This document shows positions 13,524 through 27,700 of a DNA stretch of 64,000 nt, piece after piece. The notes beneath the pieces were generated by a model. That model saw only the letters and a program-made list of their open reading frames with translations, ran no database searches and was not told the DNA's origin. The first letter of the stretch is position 1; each line of letters starts with the position of its first letter. The position numbers were made by a program, and so were the translations under genes. Source of the stretch: Octopus sinensis (taxonomy: Eukaryota); contig NC_043008.1 in assembly GCF_006345805.1 (NCBI RefSeq), positions 28,086,001 through 28,150,000 of the forward strand, in the 5' to 3' direction.

Positions 13524-14877
13524 ATATATATATATATATATAATATATATATATATAATATATATATATATAATATATATATATATACAGTTGTGTCTGG
13601 GGCGAATCATTCCCTTTTAGCGCCTTATAGTTTAATACGCGCACAGGTAGAATTTCCATTCATTTACTAATTTATTTCATGAACATTTACATTGCGTCTT
13701 GCAAGCTTTTCAATATTCGGTGACTGTCCGATCTCCAAGCTAATTTTCTTTTTGTTTGTTTGTATGAATGTGTATGGGTTAGTGTGTGCTCGCATATACA
13801 TGTATGCATATACGTATGCATGAATGTATGCATGTGTGTGCATACATGTATGTGTGTGTATGTATATACGTATGTGTCAAGTTTTGCATGTATTCTGCAT
13901 ATATATGCGTTTATGTGTTTGTGTGTTCTTGTATTTGCGCTTTTAGGTGTGCACGTTTCCATGTGCATGAGTGCGTATCTGTATCTCCATGTGTGTGCAT
14001 GTCTGAGTGTGTTTGTGACTACGTTCTGTGTCTGTATGGATGTGTTTCTCCATATGTGGGGACGTGTGTCTCCATGTGTCCTTGTGCGAAGCAAAATGTG
14101 AATGTATATGCTCATGTGTTTCTGCCTCCCTTTGCGTATGCAGCACTGCCCACTGCTTCTACTTCGCTTCCATCCTCTTCTTCTTCTTCGTCTTCATCTT
14201 TTTCTCCTCCTTTTTCTCTCCTCCTCCTTTTCCTCTCCTCCTCCTCCTTCGTCCTTTTCTCCCTCCTATCATTATGCTATCCAACCTCATGATCTCGCCC
14301 CCTCACATAATATCTTCATTACACACTCATCCCGCTTACAAACTTTTAATTTTTTTCTTTCTTTATTTCCTACAGATATTTTCCAAACACAATGTCTAAA
14401 AGACGCACAATATAATAGCATACCTTTCATGCAAGTCTGTGGGAATGCCTATCCAGTGCCTAAAACTGCAAATATTACGTGATTTTTCATTTAGAATTTT
14501 CGCGCAAGCTCGCGCTGTTAATGGATATGGTACGGGAACCTTTGTAACCTATAATTAAGGATGTGTTAAAGAATTTCCTTTCTCTTCTTTTATATGTATC
14601 TGAGTGTATGTGTGTGCGCGTGCACGCGCTTAGTTGTTTGAAATGAAAAACATGTACAGTGTAGCTAACATTTCTTTACTTTAAATTCTATATTTCTTCA
14701 TGACCAATACTGTAAAAGATGATATGTTATATTATGTAATATGCGGAGATTTTGGTGTTACATATTTCTATCCATACATCGCAAAATACGTATAGTATAG
14801 GACTGTGTTGTGCACAAATTAAGCATAGCATACAAAGCAGATATTGTGTATTTGAATATTGGTAAATGTTATCTACC

Positions 14878-15325
<448 letters not shown>

Positions 15326-16671
15326 TTTTGCATCATAATGCACTTTCGAATATATTTCTTTATCTGTGACAAAATTCGTTCTCCTTTACTCTATCTTCGG
15401 CACATTATCAGTAATTTCTCCCACCAATTAGTCAGGAAAGTAATGAGGCATTTTCCCGGGAGTTACAATATTGTATTAAAAAACTTTTTGTATGCTTTGT
15501 GAGAGTCATTACGCCAATAATAACATACGCGTAGGTTCACTTCCTTTTCTTTATCATTTGTCAATAGGTTAAATATCTAATCAACTACCTAATCGATTTC
15601 TTGTTTAACCCGTTAGTTCAACAATCAGTCGGTTGTTTGTCCGTCAAACTTTTCTGTGACCTTTATTATTGTAAGCCTCAGTTGTTGTATACGCATATGC
15701 ACAACAGACATATACATTCACACATGCTTATATATATTTATATACATGCATTATATATTTTATACGCGCCGTCCCGCAAAATTAAAACATAGTAAACATT
15801 TGAACGAAATACGACAGTCGATATAGAATATTGATTTCAATGAACCTCTTTTACAGACTGTGAGAACTATGACAGACAATAATTCCCGTTACAAAATGAG
15901 TCACCTTCATTTAAATAATTCTCTTCAAGTTTTGTTTTCATGATTGATAATGGTTATTTCTTATATTTAATTAAAAAGCATCGCTTTTACCCTTTCACTG
16001 GCAGATCGTATTTTATTCTTTTCGAACTGTTGCAGAATATTAGATTCACTTTAGCAATCACAATCTAACCAATGTCTGTTAGTTTAAAAAAGATAAAGCC
16101 TACATTTGTCCTTCCTACTCGTGTACGCGCACAGAAATCATACGATCATCATTCTATTTGAGTCAATTCACTTATAGATATATCCTTAAATAAATGTTTT
16201 ATAGCTATTAAACTAATGTTATTTTGAGTAGCTTTCATATAGCAACACATTCAATTTTATCTCGTATACGTTGAAAGCAAGTTTTCATAACCGTTAAGTT
16301 ATACAAATATATATATATATTATTTCACGAAATATAGCATAAACAAATCCATTAAAAATTGATTGTGTACTGTTTTCTGATCCACGTAGGCATTCGAATT
16401 CTTAAGTACGTAGATTGGTTAGGGAAATGTAATATTTTCCATTCTATTATCATAAGGCACATAAATAATATATATTCATTATTCAAAAATATTTGTTAAA
16501 CGAAATATTGCGAGAAAATCAAAATATAATATAGTTATGCAGTACGTTAAAATTTTTTGGGATCGATGTCCACAATCCAAATAACGCTATCTACTTCAGA
16601 GAAGCTTATGGCGAAGCATCTAAACATATCTTATTACGTTGGAATGGAAATACAAGCATACTGCCACCATC

Positions 16672-16696
16672 ACTACTACTACTACTACTACTACTA

Positions 16697-16764
<68 letters not shown>

Positions 16765-16799
16765 TACTACTACTACTACTACTACTACTACTGCTGCTG

Positions 16800-16830
<31 letters not shown>
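16672..16830. repeat. (CTA)n trinucleotide microsatellite followed by (AAT)n
   Basis: Directly visible; one register slip and a short (CTG)3 interruption. Confidence 0.95.
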
Positions 16831-17019
16831 ACCACGACCAGAAATAATAATAATAATAATAATCGTTTGTTTATTGGCCTCAAGGGCATAATACAAACGA
16901 AATAGGGGGAAATACAAAACAGGGTATACGTGATGTTTAACCCAAAATTCGAATAAACATGAAAATGACAATAGTACGATTAAATATTAAAATTACAGGG
17001 ACAACCGAGGAACAGCGAC

Positions 17020-20000
17020 TCATTCTGGTTACCTCGACCGCCAGATGCACTTCAGCAGGTACCTCTCTCCTTCTGAAATTCGGTTTACAGATGCATCCAC
17101 CTTTCAACAAATTTACTTTGGGGCAGAACTTCCCTCTCTACTCACACTTTCCTCTTTGTGTGGTACTTGAATGAGTCCGTGAGCGCTTGGTCGAAGAGGA
17201 AAGTATCTGTCTTCAGTCCTTTCAATCCCGTCTACCACACTATCTCCTTCACCATAACCACCAGACAGAATCCCCAAAACGCCACGGCTCACAGTAATCT
17301 GCCAAAAGATCACGAACAAATTAGACATATTAATATAAAGTTCGAAGGGCAGAACGTCTAGCCTCGGAGGCAGATGGTCAGTGCGTCCCGAATGTCTTCG
17401 GCTGTTATCGGTATTTCGCAGAACTCTGTATCGCCGGCCGAAAAGGAGGCATGCCGCCAAGGCCGGAGATGAAATTCACCTCCGTCCCCAACACACCACG
17501 TACCCCGAATATTTAGGCGAAGTACTACTGAAATTCCTTACACATCTAATTGAACTCATGTAGCATACGCCCGTCCCTGCACTTCAAAAATCGAATTGTG
17601 GCTTTGTTGCGTGAACAGCGGATAAGTTTCCTTGTTAACGTTCCTTTGGCTGAGAAGGTTACGCAGTGATTCTTAGTCTGGTGATTGTCGCCAAAAAAGA
17701 TAATGCGGTAGACGACCTTCTTTGACATTTTCAAGTTCCACTTTAAAAGGAAAATGAGGTTGAAGAGGCAAAAATCAATAAACGAAAAAAAAATCACTAC
17801 TGCCAAGGTAGAATGTAAAATATTCTATACACGCCGTACAGTTGAGATGGTTGTTTCACGTTTTCTAAAGCAGTGTATGTGGTCTTCAGACATCTCAAAT
17901 GGCATATTTTTCTTATGATCCTTTAATCGTTGTGCTTCCATGGTGAAGTTTGGAAAGAATTTTGGATGGTAATTCATCATTCCCAATAACTTTTGCAGTT
18001 TTTCCTTATTTTCTGGAACAGGCATATGTCAAATGTCACGCACTTTTGCTGGGTCTGGCCTGATTCCAAATTTGGAATATTTCCAAAGATAGTGTTTTCG
18101 GGTTGACGAATGTGGCATTTGACCGAGTAGAATACCAATCCTGATTCTTTGATTTCTTAGTGAGTCTTTGTAAATTTCTGTCATGCCTTTTTTTCTATTT
18201 GCCATCGACAGCAATGTCATCAGTTATTCCAACAATCCTTAGAAACTCTTCAATGCTTTCGTTCATTCTAGCTTGAAATATATATTTAGACACTTTCAGA
18301 CTATATAGCAATCTAGTCCAAAATATCTTCCAAATGGGGTCCTGAATATTGTGATCAGATGGCTTTCTTCATTCAGATGAACTGACCAGCATCTCGCTTG
18401 TGCATCTAGTTTGTTGAAAACGCTAGAACTGAGAGTTCAATTCTTCCACATTTGGGATTTTGTGGGAAAGTCTTTTCAGTACCTGATTACGTTTATGCGG
18501 GTCGATGCAGATGCGAAGTGATCCATCAATATTTATAGAATACACCATGCTTGTACATTAATCTGTGTGCTGTTTCACAAGCTCGAGGACCCCATTTTAT
18601 CCATTCCTGCAGTTCAATCTCGAGCTTATTTTTTAGGTGAACTGAGCATTTCCTTGATGGTCAAAGAAGAGTTCCGACCATGCTTTTATGTACAACTGTG
18701 CGGGTTCTTTGAAGTTTCGCAGGTTGTCAAAAAGAGTTGGGTATGTTTTTCTCAGGCCTTCGACTGTTGTAACATCAGGATTTGAATCTATGGCGTGATC
18801 ACAATATATTATGATTAATTTCATTGCCTCACATGTTAGTAATCCGATGATTGGTGGTCCATCCACCTTTACCACATAGAATTTGGCATCATGAAATTCG
18901 CCACCGTTTGAGCGAGGGTGAAATTGTATCGATCCCACGCATTTGATTTCTTAGTCCTTGTATGTCACAAGACGAATGTTCTTCTCTGGTTTTAACATGA
19001 CAACATTTGGAGTTGATTTGTACATCTGGCGATATGTACGCTTTGGCAATGTGTTGCCTTCTGCTCCCGTATCAACGTTTCATTGTATTTGTTGTACCTT
19101 TTCTTTCTGTGGACATATGATATCCAATGATGCAAATACTTCATTTCGCATGCTGTGCTAGGGATCACAGTTCTATTCTTCTGAGTCACTTTGTGCCTTA
19201 TTACTTGATTTTAGATCATGGAGTTTGTTATGTGCTCTTTTCCATCGCCATTTACTGTCTTCTATCTTGTTTCTTCCGTTGACGACAGAATTGTTTCCAC
19301 TGTCCCTTTTTGTTGCAGAAGTTGCAGGAATCATTCTATGCAGAGCACTTCGTCCACAATTTTCTTATGAACGTTTGACAGTGTCTGCATTGCTTGATTC
19401 TGCGCTTGCAAGTGGTTGTATCTGACTTCTTCCTGGTAGAATAGCTTAAAATTTTCTACTCTCACTTAGGGCATCTTCGAGTGTTTCTATTTTCCAAACT
19501 ATTTTTCTTGAAACTCACACTTTTTCTATTATTCCGTCTCTTGTAACAGAGTCATCAATTAACTCATCATGCTGCTGTCTACATACCATTAGTTTAAGTA
19601 CTCTGAAATTGAGGTTTGTCTTGATTTGTGCTTTGAACGATGCACAAAGTTCATTTGGGTTTTTCTTGTCAGCCTCTGATAAGCTGGACGCATTCAGAGT
19701 CTATCATTTCCAATAAATCTTAATATATTTAAGGCTAATTTTCTTGGTTCTGTAATTTCCATATCTTTACAATAGTACATGATGTTTTGCTTGAATATTT
19801 GCTGGACCTCGGCAGAATTGTTTGTGTGTCATTGCATTTCGGGAATGCGAGATGTTGCCATATTTTTGTTGCAATCCAGCAACGTATGATTTGGTTGTTT
19901 TCTGTTGCACAAGACGCGCTATATAGCCGATATGACAGCAATAGTGTTGTATATAATTTTGTAGCAATGCCTCCAGCTAAACATGTGCAGACCTTGTTTA

Positions 20001-20351
20001 TGTGTATTCTTGCAATTTGACACTTTGTATCAGTTTCCTTCTCCTTTTGTTTTATGTCACGTTGCGTTCACTGACGATACTGGCAGATTGGTAATGTTGC
20101 GCAATGGCTAATGATAATTAGGTGCTGTTAATGCGATTAATTTCGATTCCATATATTTATCTTTTTTTACCGCTGTCACCATATTGCGCCATGCAAGCGC
20201 TACAGTAACACGATGCAGAGTGGTTGGTTGTTTATTCAACTGCCGTCTGCCCCAGCTACCGAGCTGACAACCTTTTATCCGCGACAACGTATTTAACAAT
20301 GTGAAACTAAGTACATTAAATTTCGTATCGTTAAAACAACCCCCTCCTACA
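17020..20351 (-). mobile_element. Decayed Ty3/Gypsy LTR retrotransposon
   Basis: Minus-strand translation across lesions: gag-like LSEADKKNP, protease VDTGAEGN, RT GSLRICIDP, VFNKLDA, FRTPFGRY, ITDD, LQKLLGMMNY, and integrase-end CLLFGRR. Putative PBS TGGTGACAGCGGT at 20181-20169 and candidate 5' LTR 20182-20351 with AATAAA. No 3' LTR recognised. Confidence 0.85.
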
Positions 20352-20430
20352 AAATTGCATGTGGAAAAATTTGAAATCATAACTGTTATTATCATTATTG
20401 TTGTTGTTGTTGTTATTATTATTATTATTA

Positions 20431-20492
20431 TTGAGTGAGAGAGCAGTTCATGCCATCAAAGTGACACTGGGGAAAAAATATACGAAGCCCAA

Positions 20493-20495
<3 letters not shown>
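20431..20495 (-). mobile_element. 3' end of a LINE-like repeat with (AAT)n tail
   Basis: Reverse complement of ccccagtgtcactttgatggcatg..ctgctctctcact seen at 47372-47402; both run into an AAT-rich tail. Confidence 0.55.
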
Positions 20496-20552
<57 letters not shown>

Positions 20553-20554
20553 CA

Positions 20555-20768
20555 AGGCGGTAATTTGGCAGAATCATTAGGACACCAGCAGATATGCTTA
20601 TCGGCATTTCGTCCGTCCTTACGTTCTTAGTTCAAATTCCGCCGGGTTCGACTGAGCCTTTCATTCTTTAGGGGTCCATAAAATAAGTACCAGTTGAGTA
20701 CTATGGTTGGTGTAATCGACTAACCTACCTCACACAAAATTTCATGCGTTGTGCATATAGTAGGAAAG
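20555..20768 (+). mobile_element. OK-like SINE
   Basis: Homologous to 11164-11395 (ggcagaatc, agttcaaattcc, gcctttcattc, taagtaccag). Confidence 0.7.
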
Positions 20769-20790
20769 ATTATTATTATTACTGTTGTTT

Positions 20791-20980
20791 AAGGTGCAGA
20801 GCAGTATCGTTGGCACGGCAGGCAAAATGCTTAGGGACATTTCGTCCGTCCTTACCATGTAAGTTCAAATTCCACCGAGGTTGACTTTGCTTTTTATCTT
20901 TTTGGAGTAGATAAATTCAGTACCAAAACACTGAAGTCAATATAATCAACTAGTCATCTCCCACACAATTCCAGGCTGGG
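20791..20980 (+). mobile_element. OK-like SINE, more diverged
   Basis: aagttcaaattccaccgaggttgactttgc..gataaattcagtacc. Confidence 0.65.
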
Positions 20981-21077
20981 TTATTATTATCATTGTTTGA
21001 GCATGTAATACATAAAACCTTGTAAATGATACAGAGAACTGGAATTATTAAGATGATGATAATGAGGAACAGAAAAA

Positions 21078-21096
21078 AACTAATAATAATAATAAC

Positions 21097-21136
<40 letters not shown>

Positions 21137-21164
21137 GTAATAGTAACAGTAATGATAATAATAA

Positions 21165-21206
<42 letters not shown>

Positions 21207-21386
21207 GAAGAAGAAGAAGAGAAGAAGAAGAAGAAGAAGAAGTTGAAGAGATAGAAGCAGAGGTAGCAGAAGAAGAAGAAGAAGAAGAAGAAGAAGAAGA
21301 AAAAAGAAGAAGAAGAGAAGAAGAAGAAGAAGAAGAAGAAGAAGAAAAAAAAAAGAAGAAGACGAAGAAGAAGAAGAAGAAAAAGA
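21078..21386. repeat. Compound (AAT)n-(GAA)n microsatellite
   Basis: Directly visible; source of the poly-I/E/K ORFs. Confidence 0.95.
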
Positions 21387-21919
21387 AATTGTCAGTGTTA
21401 ACTTCGATGACGATGATTGTGATAAGGTGGAAGACGATGAAGACGGTGACCGTGGTAGAGCTGTGTCTAAACGTAATGGAATTATTCAAGTGCAAGTTCC
21501 GACCATGCTAATAATGAATTTGGATTTGCTTGTTGGAAATCAGTGTAATATGTGAAGAATTCTCAAAAAATCAAGTATTGATGAATCAAATGGTATTAAA
21601 GGAGTCATATACTGACTAAAAGCAATGCATGTATAATCCCCATAATTAACTTCAATTTCAATGTTGTCAATTTTGCTTTACGTGCTCTGATTCAATCATT
21701 AATATAACGATTATTTTCTTATAGTTCTACATCAAATTTTCATTAAAAATTTATTGGTAAACCGCATGTGATATGCTAACATAGGCAATAATATGTATGC
21801 TTGGATATTAAAGATTACTGATAAGTATAGCGTAGGAATCAATGCATAGAGAAACCCCATAATATTGATACGATGTTATAAAAAATAATATTTAAAAGTA
21901 TTTATCAAGACTCTCCCAG

Positions 21920-23400
21920 CTCAGGAATTACAGATATATAGCGTTAGCACTCCTATCACAAGTTCTCCCCAACTGGAGGTTTGACCAAACCAGCCCCGAG
22001 GAATTCAACCGGTCCCTCCGTCCAGCCTCCCACAACACTTTCGACTGGCATGGATCCACCTCTCCATTTACCGATCTACAGGCACACAGACATCTCCTGG
22101 TCGATCTTTGCTCTTGTACCGATTCGTACTAAGAGTAGTGCCGATCACCTCAGTTTGTGAGATACGCAACACTCTTACGGTGACGTGGTCTGCGTAAGCT
22201 GACACAAACCTTCGTTATCCTACATCACGCGGGATGCCATTCGTAATATCCAGCTCCTGCAGCAATGGCACGAGAGCCAGTGTGTACAGAGGAGGTGGGA
22301 GTGGGTATCCTTGACGGTCCAAACGAGCGATAGGTGGCCATTTACTTTGACCAGCTAACAGATGCACTGTACATTGCAGCGATCCTGCCTTTGAAAACGG
22401 GACCGAATCTCGCTGTCGCGAGAACAGCCTCCATATTTTGATACTCGACCCAATCAAAAGCTTCTGACTGAACCAAAGTTATTAGGGCTCCACCCATGCC
22501 AAGTTCCTTCGCCAATCTCTATATGATGTAGCACGTGAGGTAGAATTTGTCATGGATAGTTCTATTTGAGATATCACATGTTTGCGCCAACCTCTTTGCT
22601 AATACCTTGGTCGAGATATAATCTGCGTTTAGCAGAATTATTGACCCAACATTATCAAAATTCTCTCCCTTGATTGGGTCCACCATCAACTGTACCACCA
22701 CTACACGGCTCACAGCATTGATATTTCTCCCGTTCTGCTGCCAGTTGTGATAGACTACTGACAAAGGCCACTGAACAAGTCAGGCTTATAGAAACAAAGC
22801 TCTAAGGGTGGACCATTGCGTCCCGGAGACTTCTCTTCTGCGCAACTCACCGTATACATTCGGCTGTTATCGGCATTTCGCAGAAGTCTGCAACACTAGC
22901 TAAATGGGGCTCAGGTGCCTCTGTTGCTTTTGGGGATGAGGCTACCGTTTTATTAAAATGTCTCTGTTCTTCCTGTTGCTGATGTTGAGGATGCGATTTA
23001 GACTTCAGGTGTGGCTTCGTACCTCCCACGATTTTGGAGAAGAATGGTTAAACTAATCGAAAAAGCAAAATCCTAACGATGCCTGAGAAGCTCAAGACTC
23101 AAAGCAGCGTTTGAAGGATTTTTAATTGCAGCAAAACATGAAAGACTTCCCACCATAAATACAAGTAACTGCAGAATATGTGGAGAGGGAGGAGAAAGAA
23201 AAAATCATATTTCACTGACACCACAGAGGTCGGACCTATATACACTGGAAACTATGAAAACGCTATGAAATAACACAGAAAAAAGATGGTATAAGCATAC
23301 GCAATAAAAGGTCACAGAAAATGAGAAAGCAAGCATAATCTGGGATGAGTCAATCTGCTTGACTATATTCCTTCGAGGAGGTCACCCATCATAGCCGTAG
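21920..23400 (-). mobile_element. Decayed Tx1/L1-like non-LTR retrotransposon RT region
   Basis: KSPGRNGPP, IILLNADY..KVLAKRL, LVQSEAFDWV, RQGYPLPP.LY.LAL.PLL and SAYADH (YADD) in correct order on the minus strand. Confidence 0.8.
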
Positions 23401-25048
23401 TCAAATGATTGAAGCATATAACAAATAGGTCTTCTTAACAACTGTGTTTCTCATCTACTTGTGGCGACCATTTGTCGGATTTTTTTTTAATGGCCTACGG
23501 AAACACGTTTTTGGCAACTAGCGTATCAGATTCAATAGTCAGGAAAGTTAAGAAAGAACATGAAGGTGACTCTAAAAGATAAGTGCCACGTCTATCAACG
23601 TTACGTCATTATTTCAAAATGCTCATGTAAAGGGATGAAATATTTTTCAATCTTTGAAGGATCAAATCCAAAATACCGGCATTACTGCTATTTGAGGCGA
23701 ACAATTGTAGCAATGACAGCAGCCACAACAAGACTAATAGCAATATTAGCAGAAGGAATGTGCTGAAATATTAACATTAACTAGCAGATTCGTTAACAAA
23801 CCCGACAAAATGAATTGTGGCATTTCTTCTGTCGCTAGCTTCTGCGTTGAAAATCCACTGAGATCGTCTTTACCTTTCCTCATTTCGGTGTCGATAACAG
23901 AAGTACCGTTTGAGTACTGGAGAGAACGCAATCGAATAATATCTCTAATAAAATCGCTTACCTGTGTGAGTAAAAAGTAAAGCATTTGCTTTAATTTTAC
24001 ACACACAGCAGACACACACACAAACAGACACATACAAAATGTATGTATACCCACGCATACACTCACGTATATAAATAATATACTCTTATATAAATAATAT
24101 ATTAGGTGCATAAAATATAAACTTCCTGTAAAGGATAGCTGTGTTAGAGTGGCGAATGTCTAATGAATACTGTATAATGCGAATATCTGAAGTCTTCCGT
24201 CGCTGAAGCTGCATTTTATATATACTGAACGGAAAAAATTGTTTTACATAAATTTTAAAATATTTGGGAAACAGTATTTGCACAATATATGACTTTTCTA
24301 CATGAATTATTATTTAACTGAATTTTATAATTCAATACACTTTTCGAGATTTTATAATAATATTAATTGGTTGTATTTTACTATTGTCTATTGTTTATGG
24401 CTGGCTTTCCACTATCATTCCAAATCTATTGATATCAAACTGTGTGAATAAAAAATAAAAAGCAATAATTTTAGATTAAAAATTTGAGGCAGACACGATA
24501 GGTATCAGGTATGATTTGCAATAGTAGAAACGGAAGAAATGTTCCACATAATGAATGTTATAATGTACTATACTAATTTATGACATGTGTATGTGTATGT
24601 GTGCGTGTGTGTGTGTATGTGCACGTGTATGTGTATTAGTCGCATTACGATATATATATTGTACTACTAATACAAGTCGATGACGAGATTTTTCCTCAGA
24701 CATGTTCACTGCTTCATGAATTCTAATAGCCTACATATATCATATAAAACAGTACACTAAGGGCCGTTTAAGTTATTGCTGTTTCAATAGCATGGCATGT
24801 TGAAGGATGTTGAAAATCATATGTTTTTATGAGTTGTTGCTGTCACGTTTCTCTCGCTCTTATATATATTTTGTTTTCAACACATGCAATCAAATTAGGT
24901 GCAGACAAATCCACATTTTCATCCCCCTGTGAGTGTATACACATACATTGAGCATGATATCATTAAATCACTAAATATGGCTATCCGCAGTCAAAATGTA
25001 TAAAACTAGTAAGAGAATAAAGAATACATACGTATATGTACAGATGCC

Positions 25049-25090
<42 letters not shown>

Positions 25091-25133
25091 ATATATATAT
25101 AAATAGGAAAAAAGCAACAAGAATGGATTAAAA

Positions 25134-25221
25134 TCTCGGTACGATCGTTTCGTACGAGGACATCTTTAATAAGCTACAAAAAATGCAGTGAATACAGATG
25201 GCTCGTACTCGTCAGCCGAAA
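25134..25221 (-). ncRNA. Type I hammerhead ribozyme, family C, apparently intact
   Basis: Reverse complement: tttcgg CTGACGA gtacgag [43-nt insert with catct/agatg helix] ctcgtac GAAA cgatcg TA ccgaga: 6-bp stem I, 7-bp stem II, palindromic stem III, GUA triplet. Lies in a 310-bp island (25101-25412) between (TA)n tracts. Confidence 0.85.
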
Positions 25222-25416
25222 AAAGCATCAGAGAATTCCCAAACATCAAAAGGGGTAGATACAAAAGAGGTTGTAAGATTAACTGCATTGAAGAAAGTTC
25301 GATTCATGGAGATCCGATGAAAGGTTTTAAACTTACAGAATTTGTGCATGTCTACATATAGCTCATATGAATTTTTAATCAAGTTGTGTGAAGAAGTATA
25401 AATAAATAAATAAATA

Positions 25417-25465
<49 letters not shown>

Positions 25466-25469
<4 letters not shown>

Positions 25470-26207
25470 GGCATTCTTCCACATAAATGCCTCACCCTAT
25501 GAGGGACTCTTAAAGTAAAAACTACTATAATAAATACAGTGTAAAAAACGCGAGGGATTGCATCTCGGTCAGGAATTCCTGTGTAGTAACGCCCTTATTA
25601 TATATAAATATACTTAAAGGGAATAATTATAATTTTTTGTTTATGAGGTGTTTCACGCTGACTACTTGATAAATTCTTATAAAGAATTTAACCTATTTTA
25701 AATTTTAAATTTAACCGGAATATATTCAGTACTGAATTATTCAGATTATACACATGTACCCAGATGCAATACGAAAGCACGCCTCTGAATTAGATATATA
25801 GGAGTGAACAACCCTATTGTGCTCAGCTTGATGCATTTGGTGATTTTTGTCCATTTTTATGTTTCTTGATTATGCCTGCTCTGACGTTTAAAATTGCATT
25901 TTGTGGACTAATTATGAAATCCCATGATATGTGGCTAAATCTGTTTTTAACGAGTTCGCTCCTAGAGGTGCATTCCCCCGTGTTCGGTACACTGTATTTA
26001 TTATGGTAGTTTTTATTTTCAGTCCCTCATAGCGTGAGACATATATGTATAGTAATGCCCTTATCACAAATAAATATATTTAAATGGAATAATTATAAGG
26101 TTTCACTTATGTGGTTTTTCACGCTGACTACTAACTTGATAAATTCTAAAAAACATTTTATCTATTTTAAATTACATATTTATAATATACCGGAGTAAGC
26201 ACATAAA

Positions 26208-26210
<3 letters not shown>
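25466..26210 (+). mobile_element. Old, diverged relative of repeat family A (about 1.3 units plus inverted 5' piece)
   Basis: gtaa(c/t)gcccttat..tttcacgctgactac recurs at 25586 and 26052 (period ~466) and aligns to family A; 25493-25540 is the reverse complement of 25990-26036; (TA)n on both sides. Confidence 0.6.
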
Positions 26211-26262
<52 letters not shown>

Positions 26263-26299
26263 TTATATATACATATACGTAGCAGTTAGAAACTAACAC

Positions 26300-26510
26300 A
26301 CGAGTTGATATGTATATACTTTCTACGTCTTTCCCTTTCCAAAATAACTCCTTATATTGAACTCTACAAAATTCCTCTATTTGACACTCTCATACCGTCT
26401 CTGATGAAGTGATGTATTTCATATGCCTGAAACAGCAGTAAAACTATCTATCTCTTCATAAATGTCCTAGAAATTTGACACTGCCTTGGCTTTGCTATCT
26501 TATTTTATTT
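26300..26510 (+). repeat. PLE pLTR-like remnant with decayed HHR (copy 1)
   Basis: CTGATGA at 26401, GAAA at 26429; flanks align with 30580-30790. Confidence 0.6.
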
Positions 26511-26599
26511 AACACACACACACACACACACATGTGGGAGGGATGGGAGCGTGTATATACTTTATTAAACTAGAAATCTGAAGTGATATAATGTACCGT

Positions 26600-27700
26600 G
26601 TTAGTTTTGTCAATCAAGTTTACTTTAGACAATACTTTCGTCTCTTTTAGCAAACTTCATCAATATCTACAAGATTTTCGCCATAGGTCTCTTTCATACT
26701 CTCTTTTGTTGCGTGCATAAACGTATAAATGTTATTTAGGAGTGAATATTCAAAAGAATCTAGGGAATGGAAGTTATTTTAGCTGTGTTTATATCGTTTG
26801 CAAAATATTTCACAGAAATTACATAAACCTTGAGATGTTCATTGTCTTCCTCTTATCGGATATTGAATGATGTTGCTACATATTGAAGGAAACATTACAA
26901 CTAATTCATCCTTAAAATGTTGCCTTTTCTCAATGACATAAACTCTCACTTTATGAGGAAAATCTTACCTTCTATTCAAATAAATTTGAGTTTTCGGCTT
27001 TTGTATTATTGCAGATATATGTTTTCATACAATTTGTATTCTGTTTATTTCCAGCGAAAAATACCACATTCAACTGATATTAAATCAATTTATCTCAGCT
27101 ATTAACACTTCTACTGAATGCATAACCTTATTCCGTATCATAACTTTCTCTATATTTTTGTAGACATAGTCACTTATAAATCATTCTAACAGTTATTTAT
27201 TCTTTTCTGATCCTGTCCATATTTTGAAAAAAATTTTTATATGGAATCACAGGTATCGAACTTTTTGATTTCTCTTTCATTTTACAAAAAAATTATTTTA
27301 GGTGTTCCACGACATTAACTTTGATCGACAAGCTGTGGTGGGTGGCTACGGATGATTATTTTGTAAAAAGTTGCTCTGAGGAAGTTTTCTAATTTCATCA
27401 CCGTGTCCGATGCCATCCCTATGTTCCCTTTGCCTTCATTTCATTTTCGAACGCAATGTTTGTGAATTTGGGGGCGGGGATTCATCCTTGAAGTGATTGC
27501 TTTCATAGAGTATATATTCTGAGCGTAGGAAAGAAAGGTTCGGTATTGTGCAACGCATTTAGTGAGATAGATATATAAAAGATAATCATATAGCATTGGG
27601 AATTAACTGAAAAAAATAAGAAACTTGATTTTTGAAGTAAGTTTTTGAAAATGCGAGATTACGGATTTTTCTACATATGCAATATATTCCGCAATTACAT
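26600..27700 (-). pseudogene. Possible very decayed mariner transposase
   Basis: Weak collinear traces only (MLYDY, FKDESPPP, KLMSWNT resembling IFYDF, DE.R.GRP, KL..RWVP). Confidence 0.25.

Noticed and set aside
12385-14590. ~90-bp similar segments at 12385-12470 and 14505-14590
   Set aside because: Short diverged AT-rich repeat fragment with no definable structure.
20950-21511. 161-181 aa poly-I/E/K/S ORFs
   Set aside because: Product of the (AAT)n-(GAA)n tract; no domain content.
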